Assembly (NCBI GenBank): GCA_963718235.1
Contig: CAVQYR010000002.1
Location: forward strand, 416,001-480,000
Direction: 5' to 3'
Length of the DNA stretch: 64,000 nucleotides
Source of the DNA: an uncultured Actinomycetota bacterium
Lineage (GTDB): Bacteria > Actinomycetota > Actinomycetes > JAHEKZ01
Below the pieces are notes generated by a model. It ran no database searches and was not told the origin of the DNA. It saw nothing but the letters and a program-made list of their open reading frames with translations. The position numbers and the translations under genes were made by a program. Shown here piece by piece: positions 47,242 through 55,874 of this stretch (within the stretch, counting starts at the first letter, position 1; each line of letters starts with the position of its first letter).

Positions 47242-47778
47242 GGTGGGACTCCTCCTGGGTTCGTCCGGGGACTTCGCTCCCCGGCTCGGGGGGCCACGCA
47301 ACACGTGGCCGACACCGTGGGAACCCTACGGGACTGCCGTGGCAAAGCGCGCCACGCCACGCCGCACCGGAAGAACGGCTCCCTCGCGGCCGATCGGGCC
47401 CGAATCGGCCCCGATCGGCCGCGAACCGGACTAGACACGAAACCCCCGGGTCGCGTGACCGGCCATTCGCCTTCCCCTTGCGAATGCCCAGCCCGTTATC
47501 CCGGGGGTTTCGTCGGGAGCGACCGTAGGGCTCGCGCGACCCGCGCGTCAACGTCGGGCCGGTGGGCCTGTGGACGTCCCTGGGGACAGGCCTGGGGACG
47601 GCTTGGTGTGTCGCTGTTGACGAGCGGTTCACAACCTGGGGACGAAGTGGGCCCGTCGGCGAGGCTGCGACGCTGACCTGCACGAACGCCGGAGAGGGTT
47701 GTGGACGTCAGAAATCTTGAACTCCAGGTGTCGACCAGGACGCCGCTCGGTGTCGGTGACCCGACGTAGGGTCGACGC

Positions 47779-48333
47779 ATGGACGAGCAAGGGTCGGCCA
47801 GCCTGCCCTCTGGCCCACGGGTGGAGGTGCGCCGCAGCTCCCGCCGGCGCCGCACGGTGTCTGCCTACCGCGACGGAGACACGACCATCGTGCTCATGCC
47901 CGCGCGGATCCCCCGGCGCGAGGAGCAGCAGTGGGTGGCCGAGATGGTGGCCAGGCTCGACGCCCGTGAGGCCAAGACCCGGCCCAGCGACGCGGGCCTG
48001 GCCGAAAGGGCCGAGCTGCTCTCGCGGCAGTACCTGGACGGCCGGGCCCGCCCGCGTTCGGTGCAGTGGGTCGCCAACCAGCGGCACCGGTGGGGTTCCT
48101 GCACGATCGACGACGCCTCGATCCGGCTGTCGCGGCGGTTGCAGGGCATGCCCACCTGGGTGGTCGACTACGTGCTTCTGCACGAGCTGACCCACCTGAT
48201 CGTGCCCGGGCACGGCCGTGACTTCTGGGCCCTGCTCGAGCCGTACCCGCAGCTGGAGCGGGCCCGTGGGTACCTCGAGGGCGTGTCTGCAGCCTGGGAC
48301 GAGAAGCTCGGCGATCCGGCGTCCCCGGTCTGA
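47779..48333 (+). CDS. M48/YgjP (DUF45) family metal-dependent hydrolase
   Basis: RWGSC, DYVLLHELTH, HGRDFW. TAGGGT lies 6 nt before the ATG. Confidence 0.9.
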   Translation: MDEQGSASLPSGPRVEVRRSSRRRRTVSAYRDGDTTIVLMPARIPRREEQQWVAEMVARLDAREAKTRPSDAGLAERAELLSRQYLDGRARPRSVQWVANQRHRWGSCTIDDASIRLSRRLQGMPTWVVDYVLLHELTHLIVPGHGRDFWALLEPYPQLERARGYLEGVSAAWDEKLGDPASPV

Positions 48334-48394
48334 CTCCTCAGCTGCTCAGCCGGTCAGCGGCCCAACCGCTCAGTAGCCCGGCGCCCTCGGCCGC

Positions 48395-48937
48395 TCAGCG
48401 GTCCAGCTGGTGGATGCCGGCCGTGACCAGGTCGTGCACCGAACGGTCGCCTGGCGTGGGCAGGGAGCCGACGTCGAACCAGGCGACCTTCAGCGACTCC
48501 GCGCTGGTTGCCGGCTCGGCGTCGGGGTCGCACGAAGCGAGGAACTGCACGTCGAGGTGACAGTCGGCCCCGCACGGCGCCGGATGGATGTCGAGGCGCA
48601 GCGGTTCGGGCGACCACAGCGTGAGCCCGGCGACCCCCGACTCCTCGCGCGCCTCGCGCAGCGCAGCCGCGGCCAGGCCGTCGTCCTCGGGCTCGACATG
48701 ACCGCCGAACTGCAGCCAGCGCCCGACCTTGCGGTGCAGCCCGAGCATGACCCGAGTGCCGTCCGGTGACAGCACGATCGCGCTCGCGGTCACATGGTTG
48801 GGTCGACAGCTGCGGCGCAACGCGTCGGGGTGTTCGCGCACGAAGTCGAGCACCACGGTGCGTTGCTGCTGTTGCCCCGGTTCGACCGGGTCGAACGAGG
48901 TCAGGACGGCCAGGGCGTCGTCGTACGCGCTGCTCAC
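48395..48937 (-). CDS. NUDIX hydrolase
   Basis: HVTASA, WLQFGGHVE...REAREESG, HLDVQF. Confidence 0.9.
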   Translation of the reverse strand: MSSAYDDALAVLTSFDPVEPGQQQQRTVVLDFVREHPDALRRSCRPNHVTASAIVLSPDGTRVMLGLHRKVGRWLQFGGHVEPEDDGLAAAALREAREESGVAGLTLWSPEPLRLDIHPAPCGADCHLDVQFLASCDPDAEPATSAESLKVAWFDVGSLPTPGDRSVHDLVTAGIHQLDR

Positions 48938-50247
48938 TCGTCGGTGTCGCTCGACGGCGGGAGGTCGTCGAACACCGAGACGTCAAGCGGCTTGGTCTCC
49001 CCTGCCGCCCGCTCGAAGAACGCGGTCGGGTCGTCCAGGTCGTCGGCCGTGGGCAGGAGGTCCGGGTGGTTCCACACGGCGTCGCGGGTCGCTGTGCCGT
49101 GGACCGCCCCGAGCTCGAGCCACAACGCTGCGGCGTCGCGCGAGCGACGCGGACGAAGCTCGAGGCCGACCAGGTTGGCGAACGTTGCCTCGGCCGGGCC
49201 ACCGGTGGCCCGACGCCGACGCACCGACTCCCGAAGCGCGCCCGCTGCCGGCAGTCGTGGCGAGGCCGCGGCGTCGACGACGACGTCGACCCAACCCTCG
49301 ACCAGGGCGAGGAGCGTCTCCAGCCGGGCCAGCGTGGCCTGCTGCTCGGGGGTCGTGGCGGGCTCGAACATGCCCGAGGTCATCAGCTCGTTCAACGCCT
49401 CCGGGTTCGACGGGTCGACGCCACCCAGCGCTCCCTCGAGCCCGCTGAGGTCGATCGAGATCCCGCGGGCGTAGTCGCTGACGGCGCTGGTGATGCGCGA
49501 CCTCAGCCACGGGGCGTGGTGGAACAGGCGAACGTGGGCCACCTCGCGCAGCGCGAGGTACAGACGCACCTGGTCGTCGGGGACGCCGAGACCCTCACCG
49601 AAGGCAGCGAGGTTCACCGGGAGCAGCACCGCTGTGCCCGCGGGTGCCAGCGGGATCCCGACGTCGGTGGACCCGACGACCTCACCGGCGAGGGCGCCCA
49701 GGCCCTGCCCCACCTGCATGCCGAACATGGCACCGGACATCTGCTGCACCATCGACAGCATCGGCCCGGCCATCGCGCGCATCTCCTCGGGGATCGCGCG
49801 CGCGGACTCCTCGGCCATCCGCACGGCCAGCGGCTCGACGAGGTCCTTCCACTGGGGCAGCGTCGCGCTGACCCACTGGCTTCGGCTCCACGCCTCGGTC
49901 GTGCTGACGGCGGGAGGCAGCTCGGTGACGTCGTCGAGCCACAGCTCGGCCAGGCGCAGCGCATCGTCGACCAGGGCCCGGTCGCCGACCGAGGGGGCGC
50001 CGTCGCCGGCAGCGTCGACGAGCTGGCGGGCGGTGTCGGTGGCCGCCTTCCAGTTCACCGGCCCGGTGGACGACGAGAGGAGCTGGCCCAGCTGCTGGAA
50101 TGCTGCCCCGAGGTCGACCGGCTGACCCGGTGCCCCGCCCAGCCCGCCTCCGAACAGCGCGCCGAACGGGTTGGCCGCCGGGTCGGGGCCGGCGCTGTCG
50201 TCGTCGCCGGGCTCGGGCGGGCCGAAGCCGAACGGTACGTTGCTCAT
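48934..50247 (-). CDS. Zinc-dependent metalloprotease-like (DUF2342/Rv3195-like)
   Basis: GPVNW, LREVAH, LLALVEGWVD, LVGLELRPRR, WNHPDLLPT. Confidence 0.88.
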   Translation of the reverse strand: MSNVPFGFGPPEPGDDDSAGPDPAANPFGALFGGGLGGAPGQPVDLGAAFQQLGQLLSSSTGPVNWKAATDTARQLVDAAGDGAPSVGDRALVDDALRLAELWLDDVTELPPAVSTTEAWSRSQWVSATLPQWKDLVEPLAVRMAEESARAIPEEMRAMAGPMLSMVQQMSGAMFGMQVGQGLGALAGEVVGSTDVGIPLAPAGTAVLLPVNLAAFGEGLGVPDDQVRLYLALREVAHVRLFHHAPWLRSRITSAVSDYARGISIDLSGLEGALGGVDPSNPEALNELMTSGMFEPATTPEQQATLARLETLLALVEGWVDVVVDAAASPRLPAAGALRESVRRRRATGGPAEATFANLVGLELRPRRSRDAAALWLELGAVHGTATRDAVWNHPDLLPTADDLDDPTAFFERAAGETKPLDVSVFDDLPPSSDTDE

Positions 50248-50521
50248 CGTCCACCTCATTGCCTGGTCAGGACGGTCGGTCGGCCGTGTGGTCGACCCCG
50301 CCGGTCCCGCTGTGCTGGTGCTGCTCCGCCGATCTGCCGATCGTCTCCACCGTAACCGGGGTTGGCCTCTCAGGAGTTCCCGCGTTCGCCGCCAGCGGAC
50401 CTCGCCGGTGCGCTGCGTGAGCGGTGGGCCCGGTCGCCGTCCGGGCTGACCTACCCTGGTGGGAGACACGCTGCATGGGCGGGTCGTCAGGGTCGACGTC
50501 CGGGAGGGCCCCGTGGGAGCG

Positions 50522-50746
50522 ATGGTGTGGTGGCTCATCCCGCTGGTGGCCACCGTCGTCGCGATCGCATGGGTCACCTGGCTTAACCGCCCGCGCCCGC
50601 CGGCCGACACCCATGACTCGCTGCAGGAGCACGAGCGGTTCAAGCAGGCCATGTCGAAGCAGACTCCGAAGCAACCTCCCAAGCAGGCCCCGAAGCCACC
50701 ACCCGAGCAGCCTCCACCCCCTGCCGACGAGCAGGAACCCCGCTGA
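50522..50746 (+). CDS. Small membrane protein
   Basis: MVWWLIPLVATVVAIAWVTW TM helix with a Pro-rich tail; stop overlaps the next ATG. Confidence 0.7.
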   Translation: MVWWLIPLVATVVAIAWVTWLNRPRPPADTHDSLQEHERFKQAMSKQTPKQPPKQAPKPPPEQPPPPADEQEPR

Positions 50747-51798
50747 TGCACCGACGCACCGCCGCCCTGCTGACGTCGGCAGGCCTGACCGTTGCCTTCG
50801 TGGGGGCCATGTCCTGGCTGCCCGTGCCCTACGTCGCCCTCAGCCCCGGTCCGGTGTTCAACGCGCTGGGTGACCTGGACGGACGTCCGGTCGTCTCGGT
50901 GTCTGGGGCGTCGACGTTCCCGACCGAGGGAACCCTCGACGCCACCACGGTGTACGAGACCGGTGGTCCCGGGAGCTCGCTGAGCCTGGTGGCTGCCCTG
51001 AAGGGGTGGATCGACCCGGCGGTCGCGGTGGTCCCGCGTGAGCTGATGCACCCGGAGGAGGAGAGCGAGAAGGACGCCGAGCAGCAGGGCGCGCAGCAGA
51101 TGACGTTCTCCCAGCAGGACGCCGTGGCGGCCGCGCTGCTCTACCTGGACAAGCCGGTGCGCCGAGTGGTGCAGGTGCAGTCCGTCATCGACGACAGCCC
51201 CGCTGCGGGCAAGATCGAGCCTGCGGACCGGATCGTTGCGGTGGACGGCAAGCGGGTCCGTGGCCCCGAGCAGGTCCGTCGGCTGGTCTCGAGCCGCGAG
51301 CCGGGCGACCCGGTCGAGCTGACCGTGCTGCGCGGTACGGAGCGGCTGACCGTCGAGCTGGTCACCGAGGAGTCACCCGACGAGCCGGGCCGGGCTGTGG
51401 TCGGGGTCGTGCCCGGAGTTGGTTACGTCAGCCCGATCGACGTCACGATCCGCCTCGGTGGTGTCGGTGGCCCGAGCGCCGGACTCGTCTTCGCTCTCGC
51501 CGTCATCGACAAGCTGACCCCGGGTTCGCTCGGTGGCGACGCGCAGGTCGCCGGCACGGGGACGATCGACTCGGCCGGCAAGGTCGGGCCGATCGGTGGC
51601 ATCGAGCAGAAGATGCACGGAGCCAGGAGCGACGGCGCCCAGTTCTTCCTGGCACCGGGCGACAACTGCACCGACGTGGTCGGAGCGATCCCTGACGGGC
51701 TGCAGGTGGTCCGGGTCGACACCCTCGACGACGCGGTCCAGTCCCTCGAGAAGATCGCGCAGGGGGACACCACCGCCCTGCCCTCCTGCGCGGCGTAG
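50746..51798 (+). CDS. PDZ domain Lon-like protease (YlbL family)
   Basis: PYVALSPGP, PDZ domain, GGPSAGL (Ser), GPIGGIEQK (Lys). Confidence 0.92.
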   Translation: MHRRTAALLTSAGLTVAFVGAMSWLPVPYVALSPGPVFNALGDLDGRPVVSVSGASTFPTEGTLDATTVYETGGPGSSLSLVAALKGWIDPAVAVVPRELMHPEEESEKDAEQQGAQQMTFSQQDAVAAALLYLDKPVRRVVQVQSVIDDSPAAGKIEPADRIVAVDGKRVRGPEQVRRLVSSREPGDPVELTVLRGTERLTVELVTEESPDEPGRAVVGVVPGVGYVSPIDVTIRLGGVGGPSAGLVFALAVIDKLTPGSLGGDAQVAGTGTIDSAGKVGPIGGIEQKMHGARSDGAQFFLAPGDNCTDVVGAIPDGLQVVRVDTLDDAVQSLEKIAQGDTTALPSCAA

Positions 51799-51826
51799 CG
51801 CAGCGGGTCGAGGACCTGGCTCAGGG

Positions 51827-52354
51827 TCAGCCGAAGGTGCCCATCAGCGCCTGTCCCAGGGTCTCGACGAGGTCAGGGGCGTCGACTACGTCGTCGTCGT
51901 GGTCGTGACGCCGCCACCGCAGGGCTGCCGACGTCTCACCGGAGCGCAGCGCCGCCACGACCACCCGCAGCTCCTGGCGCGCGGGGTGGTGGAGGGCCGC
52001 CTGCTGGGCCATCAGCGGGTCGTCCGGTACGACGGCCCCTTCAGGGAGCATGAACATCTCCAGTGCGATCGCTGCGCCGTCGACGTCGTCGGGCCAGGCG
52101 ATGGCCGACAGCAGCTCGACCGGGTCGGTGTGCGCGGGCAGCCCGTCCTGCTCGACGGGGGTCAGCGAGCCAAGGGTGACATCGTCACTGGCGACCAGCT
52201 GTTCGGCCAGTGCCGGCTCTCTGCGCAGCAGGGCCGCGGTGTCGACCAGGGCGAACAGCCGAGTCGGTTGGTCCCACCCGGTCGACGCGACGAAGCGCTC
52301 GATCTCCCGGGTGGCGCTGTGCACGGCATCCGGTGCAGGTTGCGAAGCGGTCAC
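51827..52354 (-). CDS. PPA1309 family protein
   Basis: GWDQPTRLFALVDT, LTPVEQ, IAWP, HPARQELR. Confidence 0.85.
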   Translation of the reverse strand: MTASQPAPDAVHSATREIERFVASTGWDQPTRLFALVDTAALLRREPALAEQLVASDDVTLGSLTPVEQDGLPAHTDPVELLSAIAWPDDVDGAAIALEMFMLPEGAVVPDDPLMAQQAALHHPARQELRVVVAALRSGETSAALRWRRHDHDDDVVDAPDLVETLGQALMGTFG

Positions 52355-52427
52355 GAGTTCATCCTGCCCGACGCCTGCGTGTCAGGGCCGAGGCGCAGGC
52401 GGCTCCACGTGCGGTTACGGTGGGGTG

Positions 52428-55394
52428 GTGACGTTCCAGACGCCGCCGCCTGCTGCCCCCGCCAGCCCGGCCCCGGCCCCTTCCCGCCGTAACCGTGCCC
52501 TGCTGCCGACGGTGGTGGTGGTCGGACTGCTGGTGGTCGGCTTCCTGCTGTTCGTCAGCTTCTACACCGACTGGTTGTGGTTCTCCGAGGTGGGGTTCAC
52601 CTCCGTCTTCACCAAGTCGCTGGTGACCCGGTTCGCGCTGTTCGCCGCGTTCTTCGCCGTCATGTTCGGCGGCGTCGTCCTCAACGGCTACCTTGCCTAC
52701 CGGTACCGGCCGCCCTTCCGCTCGATCTCCCTGGAGCAGCAGAGCCTCGACCGCTACCGGGTCGCCATCGACCCCTTCCGGAGGACCCTGCTGATCGCAC
52801 TCGGTGCGATGCTCGGCTTCTTCCTCGGGCTCTCGGCCGTCGCCGAGTGGCAGACCGTGTTGGCCTGGCTCAACCGGACCGCATTCGGCGTCGTCGACCC
52901 GCACTTCAAGTGGGACCTCTCGTTCTACACCTTCACCCTGCCCTGGCTGCGGTTCGTCCTCGGGGCGCTGATGTGGGTCGTGGCCATCTCAGCGGCCGTC
53001 GCGGCGGTGGTCCACTACCTGTACGGGGGGTTCCGGCTCCAGACGCCGGGCGAGAAGACCACCCCGGCGGCGCGCGCCCACCTGTCGATCCTGATCGGCC
53101 TGTTCGTGCTGCTCAAGGCCTTCGCGTACTTCCTCGACCGCTACGAGCTGCTGGTGTCCAACTTCAACCCAGACCTCACGGGTGCGGGGTACACCGAGAT
53201 CAACGCCGTCCTCCCGGCCAAGAACATCCTGATGGTCATTGCGGTCATCTGCTCCCTGCTGTTCTTCGCCAACGTGTTCCGCCGCACGTGGTCGCTGGCC
53301 GTGCTCGGCCTCGGCCTGCTCGTGGTCAGCGCCTTCGTCATCGGCGGCGTGTATCCGGCACTTGTGCAGCGCTTCACTGTGCAGCCCAGCGCCGTCCAGA
53401 AGCAGCAGCCGTACATCGAGGACAACATCGCGTCCACCCGGCAGGCGTACCAGCTCGACGGGATCGAGAAGGAGGCGTACTCGGGGATCATCGACGCCAC
53501 CAAGAAGAACTTCGCAGCGTCACGAGGCACCATCAACAACGTGCGACTGATGGACCCGTCCCTGCTTGCGCCTACCTACGACCAGCTGCAGCAGATCCGT
53601 GGGTACTACGGCTTCCAGGAACCGTTGGACATCGGACGGTACAACCTCACCGAGCAACAGCAGAGCGTCGTCGTCTCGGTGCGTGAGCTCGACCTCGACG
53701 GTGTTCCCGAGGCGCAGCGCAACTGGATCAACGAGCACCTCGTCTACACGCACGGGTACGGCATCGTGGCGGCACCCGACGACACGGTCACGGCAAACGG
53801 TGAACCCGACTTCATCGAGTACGACATCCCACCGCAGGGAGTGCTGGACGTCGAGGAACCACGGGTCTACTACGGCGAGCTCTCGCCGAGCTACTCCATC
53901 GTCGGTGCCGGCGAGGGTGACGGTGCACGTGAGCTCGACTACCCGGACGACACCACGGAGTCAGGGCAGCGCAACAACACCTATGACGGCGGGGGAGGGG
54001 TCCCGATCGGGTCCTTCTTCAACAAGCTGGTGTTCGCCACGAAGTACCAGGAGGGGAACATCCTGTTCTCCGACCTGGTGAACGAGAACTCCCGGATCCT
54101 CTACAACCGCGAGCCCCGTGAGCGGGTCCAGGCGGTTGCGCCGTGGCTGACCCTGGACGCCGACCCGTACCCGGCCGTGATCAACGGACGGATCACCTGG
54201 ATCATCGACGGCTACACGACCACCGACGGAATCCCCTACTCCGAGCGGGTGCCCTTCGGCGACGTCACCACCGACGCACTGACCGCACAGCAGAACCTGG
54301 GACAGCCCCTTCCGCGCGAGCAGATCAACTACATCCGCAACTCAGTGAAGGCGACCGTCGACGCCTACGACGGAACCGTGACCCTGTACGAGTGGGACGA
54401 GTCCGACCCGGTTCTGCAGACCTGGATGAAGGCCTTCCCAGGAAGTGTTCAGCCAAAGTCGGAGATCAGCCCAGACCTGTTGCAGCACCTGCGCTACCCC
54501 GAGGACCTGTTCAAGGTTCAGCGCGAGCTGTACGCCTCGTACCACGTCACCGACCCTTCGACGTTCTTCTCCGGCAACGACCTGTGGCAGGTGCCCGCCG
54601 ACCCGACGGTCGAGGCCGACGTCGCCCAGCCGCCGTACTACTTGACGATGCAGATGCCGGACCAGACCCAGCCGACGTTCTCCTTGACGACGCCACTTGC
54701 GCCGAACAAGCGCGAGACGCTGGCTGCCTTCATGGCTGTCAACAGTGATCCGCTCTCGGCGGACTACGGGACCATCAGGGTGCTCGAGCTGGGCCGCAAC
54801 ACTTCCCTGCCTGGACCGAGTCAGATGCAGAACCAGTTCACCTCCGACACCACGGTGGCTGAGCAGCTTCGTCTGCTCCAGGGAGGAAGCTCCCAGGTCG
54901 AGCTCGGCAACCTGCTGTCGCTCCCGGTGGCTGGAGGGTTCATCTACGTGGAGCCGGTCTACGTCCGGGCCACCTCGGGTGTGGCCCCCTACCCACTGCT
55001 GCGCAAGGTGCTGGTCTCCTTCGGCAGCGAGGTTGCCATGGAGGACACGTTCGAGGAGTCACTCGCGTCCTTGGTCGAGCAGTCGGGTGGGTCGTTCGAT
55101 CCAGGCGGTGGCAGCGGCGGTGGCAGCGGTGGCGGTGGTTCGGACCAGACCGCCCAGGAGCAGCTGGTCCAGGCACTGCGCGACGCCGAGCAGGCTTACG
55201 CCGACGGTCAAGCGGCGCTGCGTGCGGGCGACTTCACCGCCTACGGGGCGGCGCAGGACCGACTCGAGGCCGCCCTCGAGCGTGCGGACGCCGCAGCCCA
55301 GGAGCTGGGGGTCGCGCCACCGAGCGACACAGTGACGCCGGGCGAGTCACCGTCGCCGTCGGCGACCGCGACGACAGCGTCCGACATCGCCTGA
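52428..55394 (+). CDS. UPF0182 family membrane protein
   Basis: YTDWLWF, HLVYTHGYG, PRVYYGE, NYIRNSVKATVDAYDG, HLRYPEDLF. TACGGT lies 6 nt before the GTG. Confidence 0.95.
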   Translation: MTFQTPPPAAPASPAPAPSRRNRALLPTVVVVGLLVVGFLLFVSFYTDWLWFSEVGFTSVFTKSLVTRFALFAAFFAVMFGGVVLNGYLAYRYRPPFRSISLEQQSLDRYRVAIDPFRRTLLIALGAMLGFFLGLSAVAEWQTVLAWLNRTAFGVVDPHFKWDLSFYTFTLPWLRFVLGALMWVVAISAAVAAVVHYLYGGFRLQTPGEKTTPAARAHLSILIGLFVLLKAFAYFLDRYELLVSNFNPDLTGAGYTEINAVLPAKNILMVIAVICSLLFFANVFRRTWSLAVLGLGLLVVSAFVIGGVYPALVQRFTVQPSAVQKQQPYIEDNIASTRQAYQLDGIEKEAYSGIIDATKKNFAASRGTINNVRLMDPSLLAPTYDQLQQIRGYYGFQEPLDIGRYNLTEQQQSVVVSVRELDLDGVPEAQRNWINEHLVYTHGYGIVAAPDDTVTANGEPDFIEYDIPPQGVLDVEEPRVYYGELSPSYSIVGAGEGDGARELDYPDDTTESGQRNNTYDGGGGVPIGSFFNKLVFATKYQEGNILFSDLVNENSRILYNREPRERVQAVAPWLTLDADPYPAVINGRITWIIDGYTTTDGIPYSERVPFGDVTTDALTAQQNLGQPLPREQINYIRNSVKATVDAYDGTVTLYEWDESDPVLQTWMKAFPGSVQPKSEISPDLLQHLRYPEDLFKVQRELYASYHVTDPSTFFSGNDLWQVPADPTVEADVAQPPYYLTMQMPDQTQPTFSLTTPLAPNKRETLAAFMAVNSDPLSADYGTIRVLELGRNTSLPGPSQMQNQFTSDTTVAEQLRLLQGGSSQVELGNLLSLPVAGGFIYVEPVYVRATSGVAPYPLLRKVLVSFGSEVAMEDTFEESLASLVEQSGGSFDPGGGSGGGSGGGGSDQTAQEQLVQALRDAEQAYADGQAALRAGDFTAYGAAQDRLEAALERADAAAQELGVAPPSDTVTPGESPSPSATATTASDIA

Positions 55395-55494
55395 CGGCGT
55401 TCGACCAGGCCCCGGCGTTGCTCGGCACGGGTACCGGTTTGGTCGTGGGGGCCCGCTTCGCCTAGAGTGTGCGCAGCACGTGACGACGTGTCGG

Positions 55495-55571
55495 CGCGGG
55501 GTGGAGCAGCTCGGTAGCTCGCTGGGCTCATAACCCAGAGGTCGCAGGTTCAAATCCTGCCCCCGCTACCA
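55495..55571 (+). tRNA. tRNA-Met(CAT), initiator type
   Basis: 77 nt; unpaired C1/U72, GGG-CTCATAA-CCC anticodon arm, GTTCAAATC T-loop, encoded CCA. Confidence 0.97.
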
Positions 55572-55580
55572 ATGTTTTCG

Positions 55581-55619
55581 CAGGTCAGGGCCATGATCAT
55601 TGATCATGGCCCTGACCTG
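55581..55619. repeat. Perfect 19-bp palindrome after the tRNA (terminator or protein site)
   Basis: CAGGTCAGGGCCATGATCA-T-TGATCATGGCCCTGACCTG; a 14-bp-arm version recurs at 58774-58802. Confidence 0.85.
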
Positions 55620-55874
55620 TGTGTAGGCAAAATGTCGGCAACCCTGCCGACACGGGACACCGTCTCGGTTGGCGCAGAAGCCGGTTTGCTCGACGCTGGT
55701 GCACGTCCGGAGACACTCGTGGACGACACGTCTGCGCCGGCGGCGCGTTTGCGCCGGTTGACCTCTGGGTCGAAAACCCAGGAGTCGCCGAAGGTGGTCG
55801 CTCACGGCGTCAACCGTCGCGGTGACCGGCGCGACGACCGTCGCGATCGCCGTTAGCACACCGACGGGAGTGGG

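Noticed and set aside
55100-55141. GGCGGTGGCAGC tandem repeats
   Set aside because: They encode an ordinary Gly/Ser linker in UPF0182.
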